A stretch of 64,000 nucleotides of DNA from a virus, in IMG/VR virus record IMGVR_UViG_3300025127_000009, positions 128,598-192,597 of that record; one strand, given 5' to 3'. Position numbers and translations under genes: made by a program. The notes beneath the pieces were generated by a model. That model had not been told where the DNA came from. It worked only from the letters and a program-made list of their open reading frames with translations, and searched no databases. Below, piece after piece: positions 44,501 through 53,100 of the stretch; position 1 is the stretch's first letter; each line of letters starts with the position of its first letter.

Positions 44501-44663
44501 CAGACTCTGAGAATGTTAGATTTGATTTCTTGTCTGAGTTGTAGAGGGTTATTAGTTCTGCAATGAACTTCTTATCATCATCTGTTAACTTTCTTTCATT
44601 TAAAGGTTTTTTGAACTTCTCAAAGAGTTCTTGTAGTCTTTTTTGGACTTCTTGTGGAGTCAT
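41517..44663 (-). CDS. Tape measure protein paralog A
   Basis: 1048 aa, helical, with a C-terminal 'GxxxG'-rich hydrophobic segment. Located downstream of the tail chaperone. Confidence 0.72.
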   Translation of the reverse strand: MTPQEVQKRLQELFEKFKKPLNERKLTDDDKKFIAELITLYNSDKKSNLTFSESVALYEKQVKLAELEKVFYEEDLDFVKEVRDIQVYTAEAIKREIMLLSSRKLDEATEKELEQKKQFFLELRKAIKTNDEITAGFEKAEELTRGMVAATLGITKAYNFGSESILGNIKGFAKGLAKSVHPMNMIGSAITRVAEQMMMLDNARASLFQDTGLSGFTDELVNISDELRTAYGPKAAEVSSQLTAEAQKTIKAFSDIRADGSATKIIALAGKFQKLGASASATFEINKFLNANLDFTASQQADVLKQLLAQSKEMARTPEEMFREMAESIPLYSRFGANFPSVFRGIALAARKTNISISDLQKLTESLDTTEDAMKKAAKFNALLGGEFLNGLELLEAKPGDKVKLIARAYQRAQAAQGEIHPRVLRALYKEFGMDASSFKKMVGAEFGRFEEELAVAPKPTKMKQIEADIQQTLTAQEKLDNAISKHISRITTFINNEFPILRRTVNSITDNIETVILAAAGMGAILSVGRMALGSRIYPKFIKPVGPGGFGGPDGPSGPVTGPDKPKSEKPKPRPKGAPPLSERAGYYDKSTGKFRDVYGKEMSEAKARESGLSKRTTRKPPIPSEPPKVTVDGPNRLRTRTNSIVNSARNMGKSMFEGMRGSLSKIRGGVSSGLSSVYKSTSSLSARATAAGGDFKKAKTADMTSALRSISDRAQKARSAIANFSERVSQSITGKAQSIRTAASTRIEGARDVLAKTSRNVITGVKEAGTAVSRTIEDVTFEVKTKASRAASSISTGAQRAVATVTDTAQAAGRGISTAARTTRDTVAKIGTSAAEKIRSLKPVQQFQKFLGKIPPTTMAKVLKGAGIIGSLIGVASVASVLMSDAPVEQKARELMQVGSGILGGVIGSVAGSLAGPLGTIVGGIGGALLGDYIGSIPAIQNAFLPTIMSLMPSLESEMVDKADATKITGESISKVEIERTEPIEDTPYAMSVAPKIKAEFETSNDDDVLLQKLVMLKNNLEQIHIKESKVNLTVGFNKIATARMG

Positions 44664-44675
44664 TTATAAGGCCTC

Positions 44676-44984
44676 TTACTTAAAAGGCCATATTAGTCCA
44701 GTGTCTCTTTCAAAGCCTTTAACAGCCCTGTTTAATTTAAACTTATCCTTCAACGTTTTAGGATTATTTAAACCGTACTGTGTTAGGGAAGACATATATC
44801 TTTTTTCACCCGCGAGGGCTTTAGTAAAAGAGTCAATTTGTGAGCGACTACCCCTAACAGAAACTGGAAAATATTCACCTGTGAAAAGTATATTCAATAA
44901 CATGCGGAGACGTGCGCCATATGCCGCCATAAAACTTTCATCAATTTTAGAAAAGTCAATAACTATTTCTTCTTGTTGTTGCAT
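44676..44984 (-). CDS. Hypothetical protein in the tail operon
   Basis: 102 aa with SD GGAGA and the putative late motif upstream. Confidence 0.6.
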   Translation of the reverse strand: MQQQEEIVIDFSKIDESFMAAYGARLRMLLNILFTGEYFPVSVRGSRSQIDSFTKALAGEKRYMSSLTQYGLNNPKTLKDKFKLNRAVKGFERDTGLIWPFK

Positions 44985-45037
44985 GGTTATTTCTCCACTA
45001 TTAAATAGTTTACAATGCGCAAAAATGAATGCTATTG

Positions 45038-45233
45038 TTATTTTTTGGATTTAGATGCTTTTTCCATCTCTTCATTACGCTTTTCAAAGTGTTGACTCAA
45101 TCTCTGGACAAACCAGTTCCTAATCGTAACAGGCAAGTCATACACATCAAAGTAATTCCAGTTGCCGTGTTGAATCAGATAAAATATCTGCTCATGCACA
45201 TGAAGCATGTACTCAGAAGTCAGGCCAAAAAAA
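45038..45233 (-). CDS. Tail assembly chaperone C-terminal extension (GT-like, +1 frame)
   Basis: 'HEQIFYL..HGNWNYFDVYDLPVTIRNWFVQRL' is typical of the frameshifted chaperone part. The frame is entered at the T7 run at 45227..45233, or from ATG near 45208. Confidence 0.6.
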
Positions 45234-46067
45234 CCCGGCCTCAAGGGGCACCTCCATTTCGGTTGTTGTACCGCAATACATGCACTCAAATGATTCAATC
45301 ATTTCAACGTTTGGAACAAGAGCAGTGTAGTTCTTTCTCAAGAATCTAGAATCTCTTGCTGGTAGGTCTAGAATGGCCAGATTTAAAGACGCTGGGTCAG
45401 AAACACCATCAATAGAAACAATGATAGACTTTAAGAAGTCTGTTGTGTTAGAATCTGCTAGATTGTTCTTTTGTCTCATTTGCTGAGCCTTTTGAATTCT
45501 TGCTTCATCTGCAGATGTCAATAACTTAACTATCACCTCATATCCAGAATGTGGTAAAACAGTTTTAAACGTCCCTTGTGGAGTTAATTCAAAGTTTTCA
45601 CTTTGCTCAAACTTTGTAAAATACTTTGTATAATCTTCCAAAACAAAAGTATGATCATTTGGTGTATCACACTCTGGACATACAACCCTTGTTTCATATT
45701 CTTCGCCGTATCCCGTAATACGCGCTGCAATCATAATTGCTGACTTATCACCGATAAGTAAATCTGAAACTTTTATGTCTTGATTAACAAGAATATTTTG
45801 AATAAATTTATCAACAGCCAAACCTTTTCGCAATAAGGCTGGGGACGTTAAAATATCCTCATCTCTCGCTGTCATATATCTAATTTCCACAACCTCTTGG
45901 TTATGAAGGGCATGCCCCTCCGGATAAAAAAGCCCCCTAGAGGGCAATTCAACAAACTCTGTATTCGCAGTTCGTCTAGATGTATCTTGAGGGGGTGCGT
46001 GATCTGCTACCGCGCTTTGTTCGGGTGGTGGCTGCTGAGCCTGCACCCGCTTAGAATTTCTACTCAT
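45213..46067 (-). CDS. Tail assembly chaperone / gp26-like baseplate hub assembly protein
   Basis: 'FVELPSRGLFYP', 'MTARDEDILT', two CxxC motifs, ends 'GFFWPDF'. Directly downstream of the tube gene. Confidence 0.75.
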   Translation of the reverse strand: MSRNSKRVQAQQPPPEQSAVADHAPPQDTSRRTANTEFVELPSRGLFYPEGHALHNQEVVEIRYMTARDEDILTSPALLRKGLAVDKFIQNILVNQDIKVSDLLIGDKSAIMIAARITGYGEEYETRVVCPECDTPNDHTFVLEDYTKYFTKFEQSENFELTPQGTFKTVLPHSGYEVIVKLLTSADEARIQKAQQMRQKNNLADSNTTDFLKSIIVSIDGVSDPASLNLAILDLPARDSRFLRKNYTALVPNVEMIESFECMYCGTTTEMEVPLEAGFFWPDF

Positions 46068-46140
46068 AATAACCTCACTTTAACATAACAATTCTAAACT
46101 AAATTTATTATAAAACAAAATCAACTTGTATTTTGTCTAA

Positions 46141-46797
46141 TTAAACGCCAGGAGCCTGGTTTGGTCCTCTGACGTTTTGTGTTGTCGAACCAGCAAAACC
46201 AGCAGTACCAGTTTCATTGTTTCTTTGTGCCGAAATCATTGCGCCTCTATCGACTGTTCCCTTTGTCTCCAAGTTCGCCCAGTCATATCTCATTGTCAAT
46301 TCAACATTGACCAACTCATCAGACTCATAATCAAGGTCACCAAAGTTCACACTCTTAATCCACGGATTGTATAGAGTCCAAGTCTCAATTGGAGAACCAT
46401 TTTCATCAATTGTATGGATAAACACTCTACCGCCAACGGCACTAGTTGCGCGGGCCTTCGAAAAGGTGACAATATTGCTTGCTACGCCACGTTCCAGTGG
46501 ATCATTAAGAAACTGATGAGGAGGAACGTATCCGGAAAGAAGCATAAGGTCAGTCATAGTCTTGGAAGCATCAGGATCAACTGGGTCAACAAGTGTCATG
46601 CTGATTTCATCCCATTCAAGCCTTCCAGGATAATAAAACTTATAGTTAATAAAACTATGCTCAGATTCAGAAACTGAAAAATTAGGCTTTCCTGTTGTCT
46701 TAACAATCCACTGTGGGATTCCGTTAAAGGAAAGCAGAAACCGATACTTTCTCTTTGGCTCGATGGCCGCATCAGACCAAAACTTATTTTGTGCCAT
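46141..46797 (-). CDS. Tail tube protein (gp19-like)
   Basis: 'EPKRKYRF', 'YYPGRLEWDEISMTLVDP', 'WIKSVNFGDLDYESDELVNVELTMRYDWA'. Confidence 0.88.
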   Translation of the reverse strand: MAQNKFWSDAAIEPKRKYRFLLSFNGIPQWIVKTTGKPNFSVSESEHSFINYKFYYPGRLEWDEISMTLVDPVDPDASKTMTDLMLLSGYVPPHQFLNDPLERGVASNIVTFSKARATSAVGGRVFIHTIDENGSPIETWTLYNPWIKSVNFGDLDYESDELVNVELTMRYDWANLETKGTVDRGAMISAQRNNETGTAGFAGSTTQNVRGPNQAPGV

Positions 46798-46819
46798 TAC
46801 GTTATTCCTCCTGCACTAT

Positions 46820-46827
46820 TAAATAGT
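46820..46827 (-). promoter_or_regulatory. Putative late promoter motif ACTATTTA (tube gene)
   Basis: One of at least 12 intergenic copies of (A/T)CTA(T/A/G)TTA. Confidence 0.5.
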
Positions 46828-46842
46828 GTTTCTTAATATTTT

Positions 46843-49800
46843 TTAATCCTCAAATGATGCACCTGTGTTTGTAATCACGAAGTCAATTGCGATAAATTCA
46901 ATGGCTCTTGCGGGCTTTAAGAAAATCTTCGCATACATAATGTTTCGGTCAATCAAATCAGGTGTAGTTGTTGTTTCATCTAAAACAACTCTAAACTCTG
47001 TCAAACCAAATCTAGACTTAACACTGTCTAGGAACGGCTCAACAGAACCTCTAAATCTATCCCAGGTTGCTTGAACATTCTGATCAAACAATAATGTTGC
47101 CGCCTTCCTGGAAACCTCTTTCTTAACGTAGATCATAAGTCTTCTAACGTTAATTCTATCAAGTGCCGACTGCGTAACCTGCAGAGTCTTCTGGCCAAAG
47201 ACCACAATCCCTTCTGCTGGGAACTGAGCAATCGGATTTACATTTGCTTCATACAGTTCGTCTCTGTCCTTAGAACTAAGCCTTTGCGAAACCTGTAGCA
47301 CTGGAAGACCGCCTGCGCCGTCTGAAAGGCCACCGCGTGTGAAGCCTGCAGGCGCAAACCATAACTCAGAGCGGGCTTCGGTTGAACCAAAAGTACCCAG
47401 AGCAGTTACAGAAGGTGGTACCCAAACTTGAGCATCATTAATTGTATCTGCAATCTTTACCCAAGGAAAGAAGCAACAAGCATAACTTGAATTGAGTCCT
47501 CTTGCTTCTAGAGTGTTTACTGCAGCGTCAACACTAGCGTCCGAAATTCTCTTTTGGAAACTCTTGTTGTTCTCAGTGTTTGGCACATACCCACCATTTT
47601 CAATATCGATGATTGCCAAAGCATCTGCTCTATCTTCGCAAACACTAATCATGTGATTTGTGACTCTTGGCTCAGTAACACCAGGTGCCACAAGAGTATT
47701 CATCTCAATAACCTCTGGATCTGCTACTGAATCAATTGCTCTCTTAAGAGAGGCAATCTCATAACTAGTAATTTCTGATTTACCACTCATCTTACTATTG
47801 CGGAAAGCCTCTTTCTCAGTGATATCCAATCCATCGAAACCACCGTATACAGGGGCTGTAAACTTAGTATATCCTGATCTGATCAGGTCTTTATACCCAT
47901 TACCGGTGTTCGAAGCGTCTCTCTTTGCTGTGTAAGAAAGATTTCTTTTTCTTGAACCCTGAATATAGAAGGCTGCTCCAACATCTCTTGGTGCAATACC
48001 GCCCTGATCAACCTTACCAACTGGATCACTCAAAGATCCTGATGATCTGTGATTAAGGACTAAATCATCCAGAGAGAAGTGAAAAGAAACTTCTGTGTTT
48101 GTTCCATCTGCATCTTTTACGCCAGCACCCATGAATGCCTTTCCCATTCTTCTAGTCACGTCTGTGAAAGAAGGATCAAATCTTGTGTTAGATGGAGTTC
48201 TATAGGTTGACACGCCAAAGTATGCTCTCTTGTTTTCAGACAATCCTTCAGCCGAAGAAGAAATACGAAGAGGCAATGTCGGATAAACAAGACTTGCTGT
48301 AGCATTTGCTGGTAAACCTGCCAGTAAATTAGCACTGGTATGGCCAGGAAATGCCTTCCAAGTACTGGTTCTTGAAAATGTAGCAAGCACATCTGAAGCA
48401 TTACAGGTTGGTGCTAAGTTAAACCCTGTTCCACCTGAAGTTGTGGTCGCCTTAAGGCCAACAGAGGCTACTGTACCAGTCTTGTATCTAGGAGGCCCAA
48501 TAAATCCAAAAGGCAAGAGTGCTGGATCTGTTGCACCTGCATCTACGTCAGTCTGTATCTCTACTCTAAAGAAAGAAGACTGATTTGGAAAATTACCGTA
48601 AATTCTGTATCTTTGATCTACAGTGTCCCATTCACGATACTGATCACCAATCTTTCGACCAATATAGTTTCTAGAATTAGGATTAAGTGTACATTGTGAA
48701 AATCTTTCCAGAACAATTGGTCTAGCGTCATTGTCTGCAATTCTTCTCACTAACACTGTGAAACTACCGTATGGATTAACATCGGTAGGTGCTTTAATAT
48801 CAGAGATCGAAACCTTAAGATACTTGGTATTCCACCCACCGTCGTTAATGCCGTGAAGTCTAAATAACTTCTGCATGTTTGCTGGCTCATATGCTGCGCC
48901 GTCAGTATCTAAATCTTGGCTGATGAACCAACCAGTGCAGGAGTTTTGATTTTCTAGATCTCTATTTAAACTGTTGTTGGTTGAATGCAATGGTAGTATT
49001 GCACCACATAGAGAATCGTCAGCGCTCAAAGCACCGTGAAAATTTAATTTGTTAGTCGAGTTTTGCTGGCCGTGGACATCCTTAACATACCTATCGAATG
49101 TCTCGCCCAAAAAGTAGTTCTTTAATGCATCTGTTCTAGTAGTCTCAGCATTAATCAAGGTTGGGTTTGTGTTAAAAACCTTTCTAATATATTTATCAGA
49201 ATCTCTATCAAAGTTGAATACAACCCTCTTTGCCGTCTGAGTACCATCATAGAAAAAGGCTGCAAATTCCATCTTTGCTGGCTGTGTCGCCCTTACAAGA
49301 GCGTGAGAAGCCGTAATTGCACTTGTTCCCGCACGCTTACCTGAACCGCCCGCTCTTTCGCGAATACCTTGTACTTTTGTTAATGCTGGAGCAGCACCTG
49401 AAAGAATAATACCGCCTTTGTTCATGTACCAAACTGCTGCCAAAGTTCCTGTCAAGGTTGTGGGTGATGCAGCGTGGCCAGCAACATTGTGCCCTGACAT
49501 GGATGATCTGGCATCAATGCCACCTGTCGAAAAGAGATAAAGTCCGTATATGGCAGATTTACTAGCACTACCAGGATCACTTGCATCCAAGGATTGATCA
49601 AGTTTCCAACCTGCTGCACCAGCGGTAGCAGCGGCGGGATCTTCTACGCCCAAAAGTCGTACAACATTGACTGGGCCACTGTTTTGTAAAAAGGCTTGGG
49701 CTGCATAAGCAGCATAAGTAGGAGCAGTTCTATTTCCATCTCTCCATACATCTCCGCCTTGCCCACCTGGCATTGGATTACCAAAAACTTCTACAAACTG

Positions 49801-49959
49801 AGTCATAGAATCAACAGTCAATGGAATAAGGCCAGGTCCTTTTTCTAGCCTACCAATTACGGTGGGGCCTACTGCTGCTGGTGGTCTTGGAAGTTGTGAG
49901 TTATCAATTTCATTCAGAAACACGCCTGGGGATACGAATTTAAACCTTTTTACAGACAT
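46843..49959 (-). CDS. Contractile tail sheath protein (gp18-like), enlarged
   Basis: 'FVSPGVFLNEID', 'WFAPAGFTRG', 'GQKTLQ...SALDRINVRRL', 'IFLKPARAIEFIAIDFVIT'. Confidence 0.95.
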   Translation of the reverse strand: MSVKRFKFVSPGVFLNEIDNSQLPRPPAAVGPTVIGRLEKGPGLIPLTVDSMTQFVEVFGNPMPGGQGGDVWRDGNRTAPTYAAYAAQAFLQNSGPVNVVRLLGVEDPAAATAGAAGWKLDQSLDASDPGSASKSAIYGLYLFSTGGIDARSSMSGHNVAGHAASPTTLTGTLAAVWYMNKGGIILSGAAPALTKVQGIRERAGGSGKRAGTSAITASHALVRATQPAKMEFAAFFYDGTQTAKRVVFNFDRDSDKYIRKVFNTNPTLINAETTRTDALKNYFLGETFDRYVKDVHGQQNSTNKLNFHGALSADDSLCGAILPLHSTNNSLNRDLENQNSCTGWFISQDLDTDGAAYEPANMQKLFRLHGINDGGWNTKYLKVSISDIKAPTDVNPYGSFTVLVRRIADNDARPIVLERFSQCTLNPNSRNYIGRKIGDQYREWDTVDQRYRIYGNFPNQSSFFRVEIQTDVDAGATDPALLPFGFIGPPRYKTGTVASVGLKATTTSGGTGFNLAPTCNASDVLATFSRTSTWKAFPGHTSANLLAGLPANATASLVYPTLPLRISSSAEGLSENKRAYFGVSTYRTPSNTRFDPSFTDVTRRMGKAFMGAGVKDADGTNTEVSFHFSLDDLVLNHRSSGSLSDPVGKVDQGGIAPRDVGAAFYIQGSRKRNLSYTAKRDASNTGNGYKDLIRSGYTKFTAPVYGGFDGLDITEKEAFRNSKMSGKSEITSYEIASLKRAIDSVADPEVIEMNTLVAPGVTEPRVTNHMISVCEDRADALAIIDIENGGYVPNTENNKSFQKRISDASVDAAVNTLEARGLNSSYACCFFPWVKIADTINDAQVWVPPSVTALGTFGSTEARSELWFAPAGFTRGGLSDGAGGLPVLQVSQRLSSKDRDELYEANVNPIAQFPAEGIVVFGQKTLQVTQSALDRINVRRLMIYVKKEVSRKAATLLFDQNVQATWDRFRGSVEPFLDSVKSRFGLTEFRVVLDETTTTPDLIDRNIMYAKIFLKPARAIEFIAIDFVITNTGASFED

Positions 49960-50010
49960 ACTAAAAATCTCCTTTTAACAAAATAAAAAAACTATTTTAT
50001 TTCTCTCTAA

Positions 50011-50018
50011 TAAATAGT
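50011..50018 (-). promoter_or_regulatory. Putative late promoter motif ACTATTTA (sheath gene)
   Basis: Same recurring motif. Confidence 0.5.
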
Positions 50019-50048
50019 ATCTGCTTTTCTCAAAGGAATTGAAAAGAA

Positions 50049-50078
50049 TGAAAAGAAAAGGGGGACCGAAGCCCCCCT
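50049..50078 (-). terminator. Rho-independent terminator with cUUCGg loop
   Basis: Minus strand GGGGGG-CTTCGG-T-CCCCC-TTTTCTTTT, downstream of 50107..53865. Confidence 0.8.
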
Positions 50079-50106
50079 AGTGATGGAAATTAGTTCACTT
50101 TGTTGT

Positions 50107-53100
50107 TTAAGACTTGTACAACTCAGAACCAGAAAGGTAGGTAACTTGAAGAACGTCATCAGAGTCCATTGCCAAGTTAGGATGCAAAAAGATAGAAGCA
50201 GATAGTGGCGAGCCACCAGCGCCTACTGTCTTATGTTCACGATAATCCAAGTTCAAGTGGTTGCCAGAAGGCTTACCTGTAATACCTGTCTTCTGAACGT
50301 GTAAACCGTTTAACAAGACACCATTAAGGTAGACGCACAATGAACCAGATTGTGGTGTAATTGCTGTACCCAATGAAGCGGTGAGATAATCACTACTCAT
50401 TGCCTCTGCATTACCACTTGCAGTTCTCATAAACACTCTTCTGTTGAAACCAACAGATAATTTGCCACCGTCGTTGACAAGACCACCGTGAGCATCACCA
50501 GCGTCCAAGTTAATGTCAGATGCCATAAGAGCACCAGTAAGGAACATCGTACCTTGGATGTGAGCATCCTTGAAACTCTTTGCTGCAGAACCAAGATCAA
50601 TATCATTGTCAGTAGCAGGAGCGAGCAAGCCGTCTGTTAAGACCAATTGATCAGCACCTCCGACATCCATGATAATTCCAGCGGAATCGGCTGCAGCCAT
50701 TTTAATCTGACCATCAACAGTGAGAGTCAAATCTGCTGCTGTGCCTGCTCCATCAACGGTGGTAATCGTAAGAGTACCATCTGCTGCAGAATCAAAAGTA
50801 ACAGTGTCACCTGATGAAGGTGTGAAAACAATTTGATCAAGGTGTGCTGTACCATCAAGATAAAGATCTTTAAATTGGCCACCTGCATGACCAAGATCAA
50901 CATCATTGTTGGTTTCTGGTCTAAGAACACCATCTTCCAATCTAATCTCTGTAGTACCACCGATGTTAAAATCAAGTGCGAGGTTAGAGTGATCATACAA
51001 GATAGCAGCGTTGCCTGCTGTAGAATCATCGCCGCCGATCTTAAGACCACCACCATCAGAGTTAGCAGAATTAGCATCTACCGCTGCAACAATCAATTTA
51101 TCAGCAATTTCCAAAGTAGTTGCAGTCTTGGTGACAGAGTTAAGAACCTGCACGTCAAGATGGTCAACTGTCAACTGGTGAAATTCACCAATAGAGCCTG
51201 AAATGTCAGAACCCTTAAGGTCGTGGAAAGTACCAGCAGAACCAGAAATTGTTCCTGCACTAGTAACGTTTGGAGTAAAACTCCAAGCGGCACCTGCAAC
51301 CTTCACAACGTTATCACCATTCTCATCATAGAAAATCTTGGAATCATCATCGCTACCCAAGATAAGGTGCTTATCATCAGCAACCAAAAGGCCTGCAGAA
51401 GCAGTAACCTGGCCGACTGCTGTGACAACCTGGCTTGAATCAACTGTCATCGCGATTGTTGTGCCATGAGTTGCACCTACACCAATTTCAAGTTTATCAG
51501 TACCATCATCAAGACCAACACGATAGTCCTGCGCGTTACCGTCAAAAACTAGCATTGTGTCTTCTGCTTCAGTATCACCAATGACAAGTTTCGGATTTGT
51601 ACCAGCGATAACAACACCTGCAGCAGGCTGATGAATTCTTAGTTGATCTGTGCCATTTTCATCATACTCAATTGCCGCATCGCCGCCAGTACCAAATTCA
51701 ATTTTGGTATCATCGCTGATTCTAAGAGTTGCACCAGCGTAAAGAAGTGTATCGGTACCATCTTCATCATACTCAAAACTTGCATCCTGGTTTGAACCAA
51801 AAGTAAGTTTTGTATCATCAGCAATAGCAAGACCATTGCTTGCACCCATAGTGAATAAATCACTGCCACCAATCTCAAATGCAATAACATCATCTGATTG
51901 AGCGCGAATAGAAGTATCATCATCAGCGTCTAGATCAATACGACCTGTACCACCCATGCTAATGCTACCCTGACCCTGTAGGTCGATTGCATCAACATAT
52001 AGATTTGACCAAGCCAAACTAGAAGCACCCAGTGCTCTGGCACTATCTGTAGAAGGTGTCAAATCACTGTCAAAACGACCAGTCGCAGTAATGGTATCAC
52101 TAGTAGCGTTACCAAGATCGACGTTGCCATTAGCAACCAAATTGTTTAACGTTGCTGTACCACCGACACCAAAGTTGTCGCTGATGGATGCTGATTGTGC
52201 GTAAACAACATTCCAAGACTTTGTGGCGCTACCAAGACTATTTTGATTGTGAGTCTTAGGAACAAGACTTGTAATGATGCTTGCTGCAACAGCAAGTGTA
52301 TCACTATCTGCATCACCAAGAAGTACATTACCTGATGCTGTGATGTTTGTGGAGACAGATGCAGACAAGTAAGACTCAAGGTGATCAAGAGTCACTGCTC
52401 TTGCTGAGCCGCCCTTCGCCTGTACCACGATTCTATCCTCACCGCTCATGGAACCCGAAGTCACACTAGCCTCTGAGAAGTCTAAGTGACCAATTTCAAC
52501 TGAACCTGACGCAACCTGTTTGCCTTTTACGGCACCTTGAGCCAATAATTTACTACCAATCTTTGTCAATCCCATATCTGTTCCTCCTCCGCCGCCACCG
52601 CCGCCGCCGCCTCCGCCGCCGCCGCCTGACGCCATGTTGTTGATTGAAAAAATACGAACGCTATTACCTGAATTAACTGAACTAGGACTATGTGTTGCGA
52701 TTGCTACCCTGTTATCTACAACGGGGCTAACATCGTGAAAAGACCAATTACTGCCAGCATAAAAACGATGCTGGAATGTGCTGTCTGCTACTGTTGTGCT
52801 CTTCCAACCTGATGAAGCATCATACTCCCAAGCAATTAACTTAGGTGTAGTACTTGACGCATCTACCCCGTCTGTATCTGAGATAGCAAAGAACCTATTA
52901 CCGTTAAATCGGTCAGGCAGATAGCCTCTAAGGTTCCAAGAAAAAATATCTTGAGCAGTTGTTGTCAAACTAGCAGCGTTTGCTGGATACCACTCTCCTG
53001 GATTGCCCGAAGCCGAAACAGCGGTATACAGATCAACTCCTGTTGGATCTCCTAGTCCTGAAGCAGGATAGGTGTCTGTTGTTCCATCAGCACCAACCAT

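Noticed and set aside
1078-51923. Short minus-strand alternate-frame ORFs nested in genes (e.g. 1078..1305, 8973..9263, 22094..22447, 28121..28438, 42242..42520, 50007..50216, 50727..51077)
   Set aside because: Fully or largely overlapped by well-supported CDSs, with no motifs or RBS. 45038..45298 is the exception and is treated as a frameshift extension.
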